DNA of 32,000 nucleotides from the NCBI GenBank assembly GCA_963843975.1, contig CAWJMG010000003.1:570001-602000 (forward strand), in the 5' to 3' direction. Made by a program: the position numbers and the translations under genes. The notes below the pieces were generated by a model. That model worked only from the letters and a program-made list of their open reading frames with translations, was not told where the DNA came from and made no database searches. Below, in pieces: positions 1-8,118 of the stretch. Positions within the stretch are counted from its first letter, which is position 1. Every line of letters begins with the position of its first letter. The stretch comes from an uncultured Actinomycetes bacterium (GTDB taxonomy: Bacteria; Actinomycetota; Actinomycetes; S36-B12; CAIYMF01).

Positions 1-819
1 GACGTCGAGGCGCGGGTCAACGACGTCCTGGCCGAGGACCTCGCCGTCACGGCCGAGATCATGAGCCAGGAGCAGGCGCGCGCCGCCGGTGCGATGGCGC
101 TGTTCGGCGAGAAGTACGGCGACAAGGTCCGCGTCGTGTCCGTCGGCGACTGGGCGCGCGAGCTCTGTGGCGGCACGCACGCCCAGCGCTCGGGCCAGGT
201 CGGCCTCGTGAAGTTCCTGTCGGAGGGCTCGATCGGCACGGGTGTACGCCGCGTCGAGGCGCTCGTCGGCGTCGACGCCTACCGGTTCCTCGCGCGGGAG
301 CACCTGCTCGTGTCGCAGCTCGCCGAGATCGTGAAGGCGCGCCCGGAGGAGCTGCCCGAGCGCGTCGACGGCCTGCTGACCCGGCTGAAGGACGCCGAGC
401 GGGAGATCGCCAAGGTGCGCTCGGCCTCCCTGGTGGCCAATCTCGAGGGCATCCTCGGCGTCGCCCAGGAGGTCGGCGAGGTCCGGCTCTGGACCTTCGC
501 CGCGCCCGAGGGCACCGACGCCGGTGGCCTGCGCGAGCTCGTCACCAAGGGCCGCGACGCCGCGCGGCGCGAGCTCCCGTCCGTCGTGGTCGGCGCAGCC
601 GTCTCCGACGGCAAGGTGAGCATCGTCGTGGCGACCAACGAGGCGGGCCGCACCGCGGGCGCCTCGGCCAACTCCGTGCTGCAGGCCGCGCTCGGTGCGG
701 TCGGCGGCCGCGGCGGCGGCAAGGACGACATGGCCCAGGGCGGCGGCACCGACGTCACGGCCGTGGACGCGGCGTTCGAGGCTGCGGCGGGGGCCGTCCG
801 GGCCGCCGTCGGGGCGTGA
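1..819 (+). CDS. alaS: alanine--tRNA ligase, C-terminal portion (5' end lies outside window)
   Basis: Frame 1 is open from base 1. The translation ...AMALFGEKYGDKVRVVSVGDWARELCGGTH... matches the AlaRS editing-domain zinc motif region, followed by a Gly-rich C-terminal domain. GC3 is high. The stop overlaps the ruvX start (GTGA). Confidence 0.9.
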   Translation, partial: DVEARVNDVLAEDLAVTAEIMSQEQARAAGAMALFGEKYGDKVRVVSVGDWARELCGGTHAQRSGQVGLVKFLSEGSIGTGVRRVEALVGVDAYRFLAREHLLVSQLAEIVKARPEELPERVDGLLTRLKDAEREIAKVRSASLVANLEGILGVAQEVGEVRLWTFAAPEGTDAGGLRELVTKGRDAARRELPSVVVGAAVSDGKVSIVVATNEAGRTAGASANSVLQAALGAVGGRGGGKDDMAQGGGTDVTAVDAAFEAAAGAVRAAVGA

Positions 820-1337
820 CGTCGCCCACAGACGCCGGATTCCGTCGTGGGATCCGGATCGGCGTCGACGTCGGATCCGTCCGAGTCGGCGTGTCCCGCA
901 CCGACCCTGACGGCCTCATGGCCGTGCCCGTGGCGACCCTCGCGCGCCCGAAGGCCGTCGCGGCGCCGCGGACCGACCTCGACGGCGTCGCCGACCTGGT
1001 CACGGAGTACGAGCCCCTCGAGGTCGTCGTGGGCCTCCCGCTCACGCTCGAGGGCACCGAGGGGCCCGCCACCGAGGCAGTCCGGGCCTGGGTGGCCGAC
1101 CTGCACCGCGTGCTCGCCCGTCGTGGGGCGTCGGTTCCGGTGCGCCTCGTCGACGAGCGGCTGACCACCGCCGCCGTCACCAAGGGTCTGCGGTCGGCCG
1201 GCCGCGACTCGCGCAGCAGCCGTGCCGTGGTCGACCAGGCCGCGGCTGTCATGATCGTCCAGCACGCGCTCGACGCCGAGCGCGCCACAGGTGCCCCGCC
1301 GGGCACCCTCGCGGAGCCCCCGGAGGACCTCGCATGA
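816..1337 (+). CDS. ruvX: Holliday junction resolvase-like RuvX/YqgF
   Basis: 173 aa with N-terminal GIRIGVDVGSVRVGVSRTD, the RNase H-fold YqgF signature. Sits in the conserved alaS-ruvX-mltG order. GTG start overlaps the alaS stop. Confidence 0.85.
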   Translation: MTSPTDAGFRRGIRIGVDVGSVRVGVSRTDPDGLMAVPVATLARPKAVAAPRTDLDGVADLVTEYEPLEVVVGLPLTLEGTEGPATEAVRAWVADLHRVLARRGASVPVRLVDERLTTAAVTKGLRSAGRDSRSSRAVVDQAAAVMIVQHALDAERATGAPPGTLAEPPEDLA

Positions 1338-2416
1338 GCCAGCTCGGACTCGGCATGGACTACGACGAGCCCGGCACCCGTCGTCGGCGAAGCTCGGGGC
1401 CGGTCGCGGTGATCCTCGCCGTCGTCCTGCTCGGTGTGGTCGCGCTCGGTGCCTTCCTCGGCATCCGGTCGCTCACCGGCAGCGGCAGCGGCGACTTCCA
1501 GGGCGACGGCACCGGCGACGTCACGATCGTCGTGGCCAAGGGCGACTCGCTCACCGAGATCGGCCGCACCCTGGCCGACGCCGGCGTCGTCGCGACGTCC
1601 GACGCCTTCGTGGGCGCGGCCTCTGCCGACTCGCGGGCCGAGAGCATCGCGCCCGGCGCGTACCAGCTGCGCTCGGGCATGAGCGGCGCCGCGGCGCTCG
1701 ACCTCATGCTCGACCCCGCCTCGCGCCTCGTCCAGAAGGTCGTCGTGCCCGAGGGTCTGCGCTTCGAGAAGACCGTCGCCAAGATCGAGAAGGGCACCGA
1801 CCTCACCGCCGACCAGGTCAAGGACTCGCTCTCGCGGGCCGGCTCGCTGGGCCTGCCGTCGTACGCCGAGGGCAACGTCGAGGGCTTCCTGTTCCCTGCG
1901 ACGTACGAGTTCCAGCCCGGCGTCGAGGCCGACGCCGTCGTCAAGGCGATGCTCACCCGCTTCCGCCAGGCGGCCAAGGAGGTCGACCTCGCGACCGAGG
2001 CCAAGAAGGACGGCCTGACCGAGTACGAGGTCATGATCATCGCCAGCCTCGTCCAGGGCGAGAGCGCCCCCGAGGACTACGACAAGGTCGCACGGGTGAT
2101 CTTCAACCGCCTCGACCAGGGCATGCCGTTGCAGCTGGACTCCACGGTGAACTACGCCCTCGGCACGAGCAACATCCAACTGTCGGCCGACCAGCTGAAG
2201 ACCGACAGCCCGTACAACACCTACGTCAACAAGGGCCTGCCGCCGGGGCCGATCAACTCGCCCGGCGAGGCCGCGATGACGGCCGTGCTCAACCCGGCCA
2301 AGGGGAAGTGGCTGTACTTCGTCACGACCGACCCCAAGACGCTCACCACCGAGTTCGCGGTCACGTACGACGAGTTCCTCGTGCTGAAGCGCAAGTTCCA
2401 GGCGAATGTCGGCTGA
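1334..2416 (+). CDS. mltG: endolytic murein transglycosylase MltG (YceG-like)
   Basis: 360 aa with an N-terminal TM helix (VAVILAVVLLGVVALGAF). YceG motifs SLVQGE and NTYVNKGLPPGPINSPG are present. ATGA overlap with ruvX. Confidence 0.9.
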   Translation: MSQLGLGMDYDEPGTRRRRSSGPVAVILAVVLLGVVALGAFLGIRSLTGSGSGDFQGDGTGDVTIVVAKGDSLTEIGRTLADAGVVATSDAFVGAASADSRAESIAPGAYQLRSGMSGAAALDLMLDPASRLVQKVVVPEGLRFEKTVAKIEKGTDLTADQVKDSLSRAGSLGLPSYAEGNVEGFLFPATYEFQPGVEADAVVKAMLTRFRQAAKEVDLATEAKKDGLTEYEVMIIASLVQGESAPEDYDKVARVIFNRLDQGMPLQLDSTVNYALGTSNIQLSADQLKTDSPYNTYVNKGLPPGPINSPGEAAMTAVLNPAKGKWLYFVTTDPKTLTTEFAVTYDEFLVLKRKFQANVG

Positions 2417-3227
2417 TCGCCCCGTGCGTCGCCGTGCGGCCGTGCTGGGCCACCCCGTGGCCCACTCGCGGTCGCCCGTGCTGCACCGGGCGGCGTACTC
2501 CGCGCTCGGCCTCGACTGGGAGTACGGCCTGCACGACGTCACTGAGGAGACCCTCGCGACCTTCGTCGCCGGGCTCGACGCCACCTGGGCGGGCCTGTCG
2601 CTCACGATGCCGCTCAAGCAGGCCGTGATCCCCCTGCTCACGGACGTCGACCTCGTCGCACTGGCCACGGGGGCGGTCAACACCGTCGTGATCGACGACG
2701 ACGGCCTGCACGGATGGAACACCGACGTGCAGGGCATCGTCGCCGCCCTCGACGAGCGCGGGGCGCCGCGCGGCTCGGCGGCCGTGATCGGCGCCGGAGC
2801 CACCGCTCGCTCCGCCGTGGCCGCGCTGGCCCGCCGCGGTCACACCGAGATGGTCGTCGTCGCCCGCCGGCCCGAGGCTGCCGCTCAAGTGCTGGCCACG
2901 GCGCTGGAGGTCGGCGTCCTCGTGGAGGTGCTCGGCTGGGAGTCCCTGGTCGATGCGCTCGAGGCCGAGGTCGTCGTCTCCACCGTGCCCCGGGGAGCCC
3001 TCGACGACGTGGCCGCCGAGGTGGCCGCGGCCCCCGGGCCCCGGGGCTGCCTGCTCGACGTCGTCTACGACCCCTGGCCCACGCCGCTGGGCGCCGCCTG
3101 GTCCCGCGCCGGGGGCGAGGTGGCCTCCGGGCTGGACATGCTCCTGCACCAGGCCGTCCGCCAGGTCGAGCTCATGACCGGCCTGACACCGCCCGTCGAG
3201 GCCATGCGGAGCGCGCTCTACTCCTAG
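2406..3227 (+). CDS. aroE: shikimate dehydrogenase
   Basis: 273 aa. Contains LGHPVAHSRSPVLHRAAYSALGLDWEY and NTD motifs plus the GAGATARSA Rossmann loop. Confidence 0.9.
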   Translation: MSADRPVRRRAAVLGHPVAHSRSPVLHRAAYSALGLDWEYGLHDVTEETLATFVAGLDATWAGLSLTMPLKQAVIPLLTDVDLVALATGAVNTVVIDDDGLHGWNTDVQGIVAALDERGAPRGSAAVIGAGATARSAVAALARRGHTEMVVVARRPEAAAQVLATALEVGVLVEVLGWESLVDALEAEVVVSTVPRGALDDVAAEVAAAPGPRGCLLDVVYDPWPTPLGAAWSRAGGEVASGLDMLLHQAVRQVELMTGLTPPVEAMRSALYS

Positions 3228-3263
3228 GGCGCGCCGCCGTATGCCGGGGTTATCGCCCGCGCC

Positions 3264-3293
3264 GCTCAAGGCGGGGGTCTGGGGCGCCGATGG
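3264..3293 (+). promoter_or_regulatory. sigma-28 (FliA/WhiG)-like promoter candidate S1: GCTCAAG-N15-GCCGATGG
   Basis: Read directly in the aroE/Roadblock intergenic region, ending 52 nt before ATG 3345. Same motif and spacing as sites at 6213, 8040, 13608 and 18292. Confidence 0.5.
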
Positions 3294-3344
3294 CATGCAC
3301 GGAGGGTCGTCTGACCTCCGTCCTGCGACTCGTCGAGGTGTCCC

Positions 3345-3923
3345 ATGTCCGGCCAGCCATCCTCCACCGGTCGCGCAGCCCGTCTCGACCGTGCCCTCGC
3401 CGACCTGCTCGCGCAGGCCCCTGAGCTCGAGGCGGCTGCGGTCGTGTCCTTCGACGGCCTCGCCATGGCCTCCCGCCTGCCCTCGGGCATGGACGAGGAC
3501 CGCGTGGCGGCGATGAGCGCCGCGCTCCTCAGCCTGGGCGAGAAGGCGGCCCAGGGCCTCGGCCGGGGCGACCTGTCCCAGGTCTACGTCGAGGGCGAGT
3601 CCGGCACCGTCTTCCTGATCTCCGCCGACGACGAGGCCGTCCTGGTCGCCGTCGCCGCAGCCGGCGCCAAGGCGGGCCTCATGCTGTACGAGGTCCGCCG
3701 CTCGGCCGCCGCCGTGGGCGAGGTGCTCCGCGAGGCCGCGCCCGTCGTCGAGGCCCCGAACGTCGACGACCAGGCGCTCGCCGACGCCGAGGCGGCGTAC
3801 GAGGCCTACCGCGCGTCCCAGGCGGTGCCCGCCGCCGCCCCGGTCCCGGAGGTCGTGGCCCCGGCCGCGTCCTGGGACCCGTACGCCACGGCTCCCGTGG
3901 CGTCCGCCCCGTCCTGGTCCTGA
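3345..3923 (+). CDS. Roadblock/LC7 (MglB-like) domain protein with Ala/Pro-rich tail
   Basis: 192 aa. Residues 1-125 (...LEAAAVVSFDGLAMASRLPSGMDEDRVAAMSAALLSLGEKAA...GTVFLISADDEAVLVAVA...) fit the Roadblock/LC7 fold family. The C-terminal third is low complexity. Confidence 0.8.
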   Translation: MSGQPSSTGRAARLDRALADLLAQAPELEAAAVVSFDGLAMASRLPSGMDEDRVAAMSAALLSLGEKAAQGLGRGDLSQVYVEGESGTVFLISADDEAVLVAVAAAGAKAGLMLYEVRRSAAAVGEVLREAAPVVEAPNVDDQALADAEAAYEAYRASQAVPAAAPVPEVVAPAASWDPYATAPVASAPSWS

Positions 3924-3957
3924 CCGTCCCGCCACCACCTGAAGGAGGGGCGCACCC

Positions 3958-5263
3958 GTGAACCTCGAGGGCTCCCTCGACGCGTTCGGACTTCCCGACG
4001 TCCTGACGCTGCTCGCCGCCACCGGCAAGTCCGGTGGCCTGCTGCTGCGCCGTGACACGGACGGGGAGGACGGTCGGGTCGACCGGCTCGAGGGCGCGGT
4101 GTGGTTCCGCGAGGGCCGTGTCTGCGGCGCCACGTCGGACCGCTCCCGCGCGTCCCTCGTACGCCGGGTGGTCGGCTCCGGCGCCGTGGACGACAACGCC
4201 CTGCGCCAGGCCGTCGCCCGTGCGGTGTCCGCCGGCGGGGGAGTGGCCCGTGCGCTGCTCGAGTCCGGTGCCGTCGACCCCGACCTGCTCCGCCAGGCGG
4301 CGGACGACCAGACCGTGGACGCCGTGTTCGACCTGCTCCGCTGGTCCGACGGGGAGTTCGCCTTCGACCCAGCAGCCTCCGACCCGGACGACGTAGGGCT
4401 CGCCATCGAGCACGAGCGGCTGCTGGCCGAGGCCCGGGCCCGGGTCGAGGCATGGGGCGCGCTCGTCGTCGTCATCCCTACGCGCGACGCCGTGCTGACG
4501 GTGCCGACCGTGCTCGCGCAGGACCCCGAGGTCTCCCGGGACGAGTGGGCGCTGCTGTCCCTCGTGGACGGCCACCGCCGCGTGCGCGACCTTGTCGAGC
4601 TGCACCGGGGCCGGCGAGTTCGCCGTCACCACGATCCTGGCGCGCCTCGTCCAGCGCGGCCTCCTGCACGTGAAGGACGCCTCCGCGCCCGACCACGTGA
4701 CGGTCGTCGAGCGCCGACTCGGCATGCTCGCCTCCGTCGAGGGTGCGGCGCCGACCGCCCCGTCCGACGAGCCGGCGCAGCCGGTCCAGGCGGTCGAGGA
4801 GCCCACGGCAGGGCCTGGTGCGCTCGGGATGTCGGCCGCTGCAGCACTCGCCGCAGCCCGTGCGGCACAAGGGCTTCCGCAGCCCGGCGTCCCCGGGTCG
4901 GCAGGCCGTGCACCGCGGCACGAGGTCGTCCCGCCCCGCCCGGAGCCGTTCCTGCCCGGACGGCGCCCCGAGCACCCGGAACCCGCACCCGAGCGCGTTG
5001 CCGGGGCGTCCGCGTTCGCCGCCGCTCCTGCTCCTGCCCACGGGATGCCGTCCGCGCCCGCGGCCCCGCACCCGACCACGTCGTCCGGCTACGCGCCCAT
5101 GGCCGAGAGCTCGGGGTCGGTGGACGGCGCCACGGCGCGCTCGCTCGCCGCGCCCGCGCCGCTGGCGGCCCCCGACCCGCGCCACGACGCCACGATCGAG
5201 CGCGATCCGTCCGTCAACCGCAGCCTGCTGCTGCGCCTCATCGCCGGTGTCAGGGGGCTCTGA
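3958..5263 (+). pseudogene. PATAN/DUF4388 domain protein, reading frame broken by +1 shift near 4612
   Basis: GAAGGAGG RBS precedes GTG 3958. The N-terminus MNLEGSLDAFGLPDVLTLLAATGKSGGLLL is the DUF4388/PATAN signature. Frame 1 loses sense after ...DLVELHRG, and the protein continues sensibly in frame 2 (GEFAVTTILARLVQRGLLHV..., wHTH-like) to TGA 5261-5263. One extra C in CGGGGCCGGC explains the shift. Confidence 0.75.
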
Positions 5264-5838
5264 TGGCAGCGCGCAGGCATCGCCGCCAGGGAGGGCAGGC
5301 CGTCAAGATCGTGGTCACCGGCCCCTTCGCGGCCGGCAAGACCACGCTCATCCGGACGATCAGCGAGATCACCGTGCTCTCGACCGAGCGCGGGATCACG
5401 GACGAGACCCGGAGCCGCAAGGCCGAGACGACGGTGGCCATGGACTTCGGCCGCATCACGATCGATCGCGACCTCGTGCTCTACCTGTTCGGCACGCCCG
5501 GCCAGGAGCGGTTCGACTTCATGTGGGAGATCCTCGGCGAGGGGATGCTCGGCTACGTCCTGCTCGTGGACGCCGCGCGCCCGGAGACCCTGGACGAGGC
5601 GGCCGGGATCCTCGCGGCCTTCCGCCGCATGGCTCACGTGCCGTTCGTCGTCGCGCTGAACCGCACGACCGAGCTCGACCCTCGGGCCGAGGACCGGGTC
5701 CGCGAGGCCCTGGAGCTCTCGCCGTCGACGCCGGTCGTCCCGTGCGACGCGACCGACAAGGACTCCGTGAAGGCCGTCCTGCTCGCCCTGCTGTACAGCG
5801 TGCTGGACGACATCGAGGCCACCGCGGCCCACGCCTAG
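5263..5838 (+). CDS. small Ras-like ATP/GTP-binding protein (MglA/CvnD family)
   Basis: 191 aa. P-loop GPFAAGKTT, switch II FGTPGQERF, and ALNR in place of NKxD. The TGATG overlap with the PATAN gene suggests translational coupling. Confidence 0.85.
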   Translation: MAARRHRRQGGQAVKIVVTGPFAAGKTTLIRTISEITVLSTERGITDETRSRKAETTVAMDFGRITIDRDLVLYLFGTPGQERFDFMWEILGEGMLGYVLLVDAARPETLDEAAGILAAFRRMAHVPFVVALNRTTELDPRAEDRVREALELSPSTPVVPCDATDKDSVKAVLLALLYSVLDDIEATAAHA

Positions 5839-5847
5839 GAGCATCCC

Positions 5848-6183
5848 GTGCGACTGCTGCGCTGGCCCGCCCGCCGACCCGAACCGGTCGGTCGGCACTC
5901 GCGCGTCATGACGGGCGTGAGCATGCCGGGTGCCGCGGCGTCCCTCGTGGCCTCCACCGTGACCGCCGAGAGCGTCGTCGCCGAGTCGGTCGCCGGCGCA
6001 GCCGAGGCGGCTCTCGAGGCGCAGGAGACCGCGGAGCTGTCACGCAGCGTGACCACGGACGCCGGTCGTGCCGTCACCCTCGGCTTCTCCGACGGTGCCA
6101 GCGTCGCCCTGCAGGACGACGACCCGCGCGTGCGCACCTTCCGGGCCGCGGCCGCCGCCCTCCTGGATGCGCCCGGTCGATGA
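5848..6183 (+). CDS. hypothetical protein (111 aa, no recognisable domain)
   Basis: An AGGAG lies 6 nt upstream of GTG 5848. GC3 is high throughout. It is the last gene of the Roadblock-PATAN-GTPase unit. The start could instead be ATG 5908. Confidence 0.45.
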   Translation: MRLLRWPARRPEPVGRHSRVMTGVSMPGAAASLVASTVTAESVVAESVAGAAEAALEAQETAELSRSVTTDAGRAVTLGFSDGASVALQDDDPRVRTFRAAAAALLDAPGR

Positions 6184-6212
6184 CACGGCGTCCCTCGTGG
6201 ACGCCCGTACGG

Positions 6213-6242
6213 GCTACAGACGAGGCGCGGCTGTGCCGAACA
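6213..6242 (+). promoter_or_regulatory. sigma-28-like promoter candidate S2 (diverged): GCTACAG-N15-GCCGAACA
   Basis: Lies in the intergenic region upstream of pilB with the same spacing as S1 and S3. Weaker match in both halves. Confidence 0.3.
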
Positions 6243-6274
6243 GGTGATGAGGGGCCTTCCAGCGGAGGGTCCTG

Positions 6275-7984
6275 ATGGCACCGGCGCACGCCGGGCGGTC
6301 CGATGCGGGAGGGCGCGACGTGAAGCAGCTGGGGGACATCCTCCTCGAGGGCGGTCTGGTCACCCACGACCAGCTCGCGGTCGCCGTCGACGAGCAGAAC
6401 CGGCTCGGCCGCAGCCTGGGCCGTGTCCTCGTCGACCAGGGCGTGCTCACGGAGTCCCAGCTCGTCGCCTCGCTCGCCGCCCAGATCGGCATGCGGTTCG
6501 TCGACCTCAGCGACATCCAGATCGACGGCTCGGCCCTCGGCCGCGTGCCGGGCCACGTCGCCCGGCGCCACACCGCGATCCCGATCGGCTACGAGGAGGG
6601 CAAGCTCCTCGTCGCGATGGCCGACCCGGCCAACGTCTTCGCGATCGACGACATCCGCTCCGCGGCCGGGATCGACGTCAAGCCCGTCGTCGCCACGCGC
6701 AACGACGTGGCCGCGGCCATCGACCGGTTCTACCGCGCCGGCGACGAGCTCAACGACCTCACCTCCGAGCTGGACACGGGGGAGGACGAGGAGGACCTGT
6801 CCAAGGTCAAGGAGATCACCGAGGACGCCCCGATCGTCCGCTACGTGAACCTCCTGATCACCCAGGCCATCCAGGACCGTGCGTCCGACATCCACCTCGA
6901 GCCGACCGAGCACGACCTCCGCGTGCGCTACCGCATCGACGGCGTGCTGCACGAGGTCATGCGCTCTCCTCGGGCGATCCAGTCCGGCGTCATCAGCCGC
7001 CTGAAGATCATGGCCGACATCAACATCGCCGAGCGCCGCATCCCGCAGGACGGCCGACTGTCGGTTGCCGCGCACGGCAAGAAGGTCGACCTCCGCGTCG
7101 CGACCCTCCCCACCGTCTGGGGCGAGAAGGTCGTCATGCGTATCCTCGACAACTCAACGGCGCGAATGGATCTCGCCGATCTCGGCTTCAGCCCGCACAA
7201 CTTCGGCATCTTCGAGAAGTCGTACGTGAAGCCGTACGGGATGATCCTGGTCACCGGTCCGACCGGTTCGGGTAAGTCGACCACGCTGTACGCCACGCTC
7301 AACGTGGTGAACAAGCCCGAGGTCAACATCATCACGGTCGAGGACCCGGTCGAGTACCGCCTCCCCGGCGTCAACCAGGTGCAGGTCAACAACAAGGCCG
7401 GCCTCAACTTCGCCGCAGCCCTGCGCTCGATCCTGCGCTCGGACCCCGACATCGTCCTCATCGGTGAGATCCGCGACCACGAGACGGCGCAGATCGCCGT
7501 CGAGGCCTCGCTCACCGGTCACCTGGTGCTCTCGACCCTGCACACCAACGACGCCCCCAGCGCGATCGTGCGACTGACCGAGATGGGCATCGAGCCCTTC
7601 CTGGTCGGGTCCGCCGTCGACGCGGTGCTCGCCCAGCGTCTCGCCCGCAGGCTCTGCAGCAAGTGCAAGGAGCCGTACGTGCCGGACGCCGAGCAGCTCG
7701 AGCACATCCGGTTCAAGCCGTACCCGGGGGACCCGGAGCCCAACTTCTTCCGGCCGGTGGGCTGCGCGAGCTGCGCCAAGACCGGCTACAAGGGCCGCGT
7801 CGCGATCCACGAGGTCATGGCGATCAGCGACGAGATCGAGCGCCTCACCGTCGAGCGCGCGTCGTCCACGCGGATCATGGCCGTCGCTATCGAGCAGGGC
7901 ATGCGCACGCTCCGCGAGGACGGTCTGCTCAAGGCCTCCCAGGGCATCACCACGATCGACGAGGTCTTCCGCGTCGTCGCCTGA
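6275..7984 (+). CDS. pilB: type IV pilus assembly ATPase PilB (GspE family)
   Basis: 569 aa. N-terminal MshEN/T2SSE_N repeats (LLEGGLVTHDQLAVAVDEQ.., LVDQGVLTESQLVASLAAQ). Walker A GPTGSGKST, the Asp/His boxes, and a tetracysteine motif CSKC...CASC. Both the ATG 6275 and the alternative GTG 6320 start have a GGAGGG-type RBS. Confidence 0.92.
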   Translation: MAPAHAGRSDAGGRDVKQLGDILLEGGLVTHDQLAVAVDEQNRLGRSLGRVLVDQGVLTESQLVASLAAQIGMRFVDLSDIQIDGSALGRVPGHVARRHTAIPIGYEEGKLLVAMADPANVFAIDDIRSAAGIDVKPVVATRNDVAAAIDRFYRAGDELNDLTSELDTGEDEEDLSKVKEITEDAPIVRYVNLLITQAIQDRASDIHLEPTEHDLRVRYRIDGVLHEVMRSPRAIQSGVISRLKIMADINIAERRIPQDGRLSVAAHGKKVDLRVATLPTVWGEKVVMRILDNSTARMDLADLGFSPHNFGIFEKSYVKPYGMILVTGPTGSGKSTTLYATLNVVNKPEVNIITVEDPVEYRLPGVNQVQVNNKAGLNFAAALRSILRSDPDIVLIGEIRDHETAQIAVEASLTGHLVLSTLHTNDAPSAIVRLTEMGIEPFLVGSAVDAVLAQRLARRLCSKCKEPYVPDAEQLEHIRFKPYPGDPEPNFFRPVGCASCAKTGYKGRVAIHEVMAISDEIERLTVERASSTRIMAVAIEQGMRTLREDGLLKASQGITTIDEVFRVVA

Positions 7985-8039
7985 CGGCGCCGCGCACGCT
8001 GTGCAACCCCCGGCTCTGCGCCGAGCGGGTGCCCCGAAG

Positions 8040-8069
8040 GCTCAAGCAAGGCTCTCGGGCGGCCGATGG
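8040..8069 (+). promoter_or_regulatory. sigma-28-like promoter candidate S3: GCTCAAG-N15-GCCGATGG
   Basis: Both half-sites are identical to S1. About 50 nt upstream of the pilT start. Confidence 0.5.
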
Positions 8070-8118
8070 TCAGCAAGGACGCCGGCACGCGAGGTGCCGG
8101 CCCGAACGAGGAGTGGCC

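Noticed and set aside
755-4475. Very long minus-strand ORFs (755-2803, 682 aa; 2361-4475, 704 aa; likewise 19183-21483, 766 aa and 21693-23261, 522 aa)
   Set aside because: They run antisense to genes with clear homology (ruvX, mltG, aroE, pilN/O, aroC). Their translations are Arg/Ala/Gly/Pro low-complexity strings. Stop-free antisense frames are expected at this GC content.
3958-5838. 626-aa ORF fusing the DUF4388 N-terminus to the GTPase
   Set aside because: The middle 200 aa are nonsense (RRVRRHHDPGAPRPARPP...). The real PATAN C-terminus is in frame 2 (4613-5263), and the GTPase has its own ATG at 5263 overlapping that stop.
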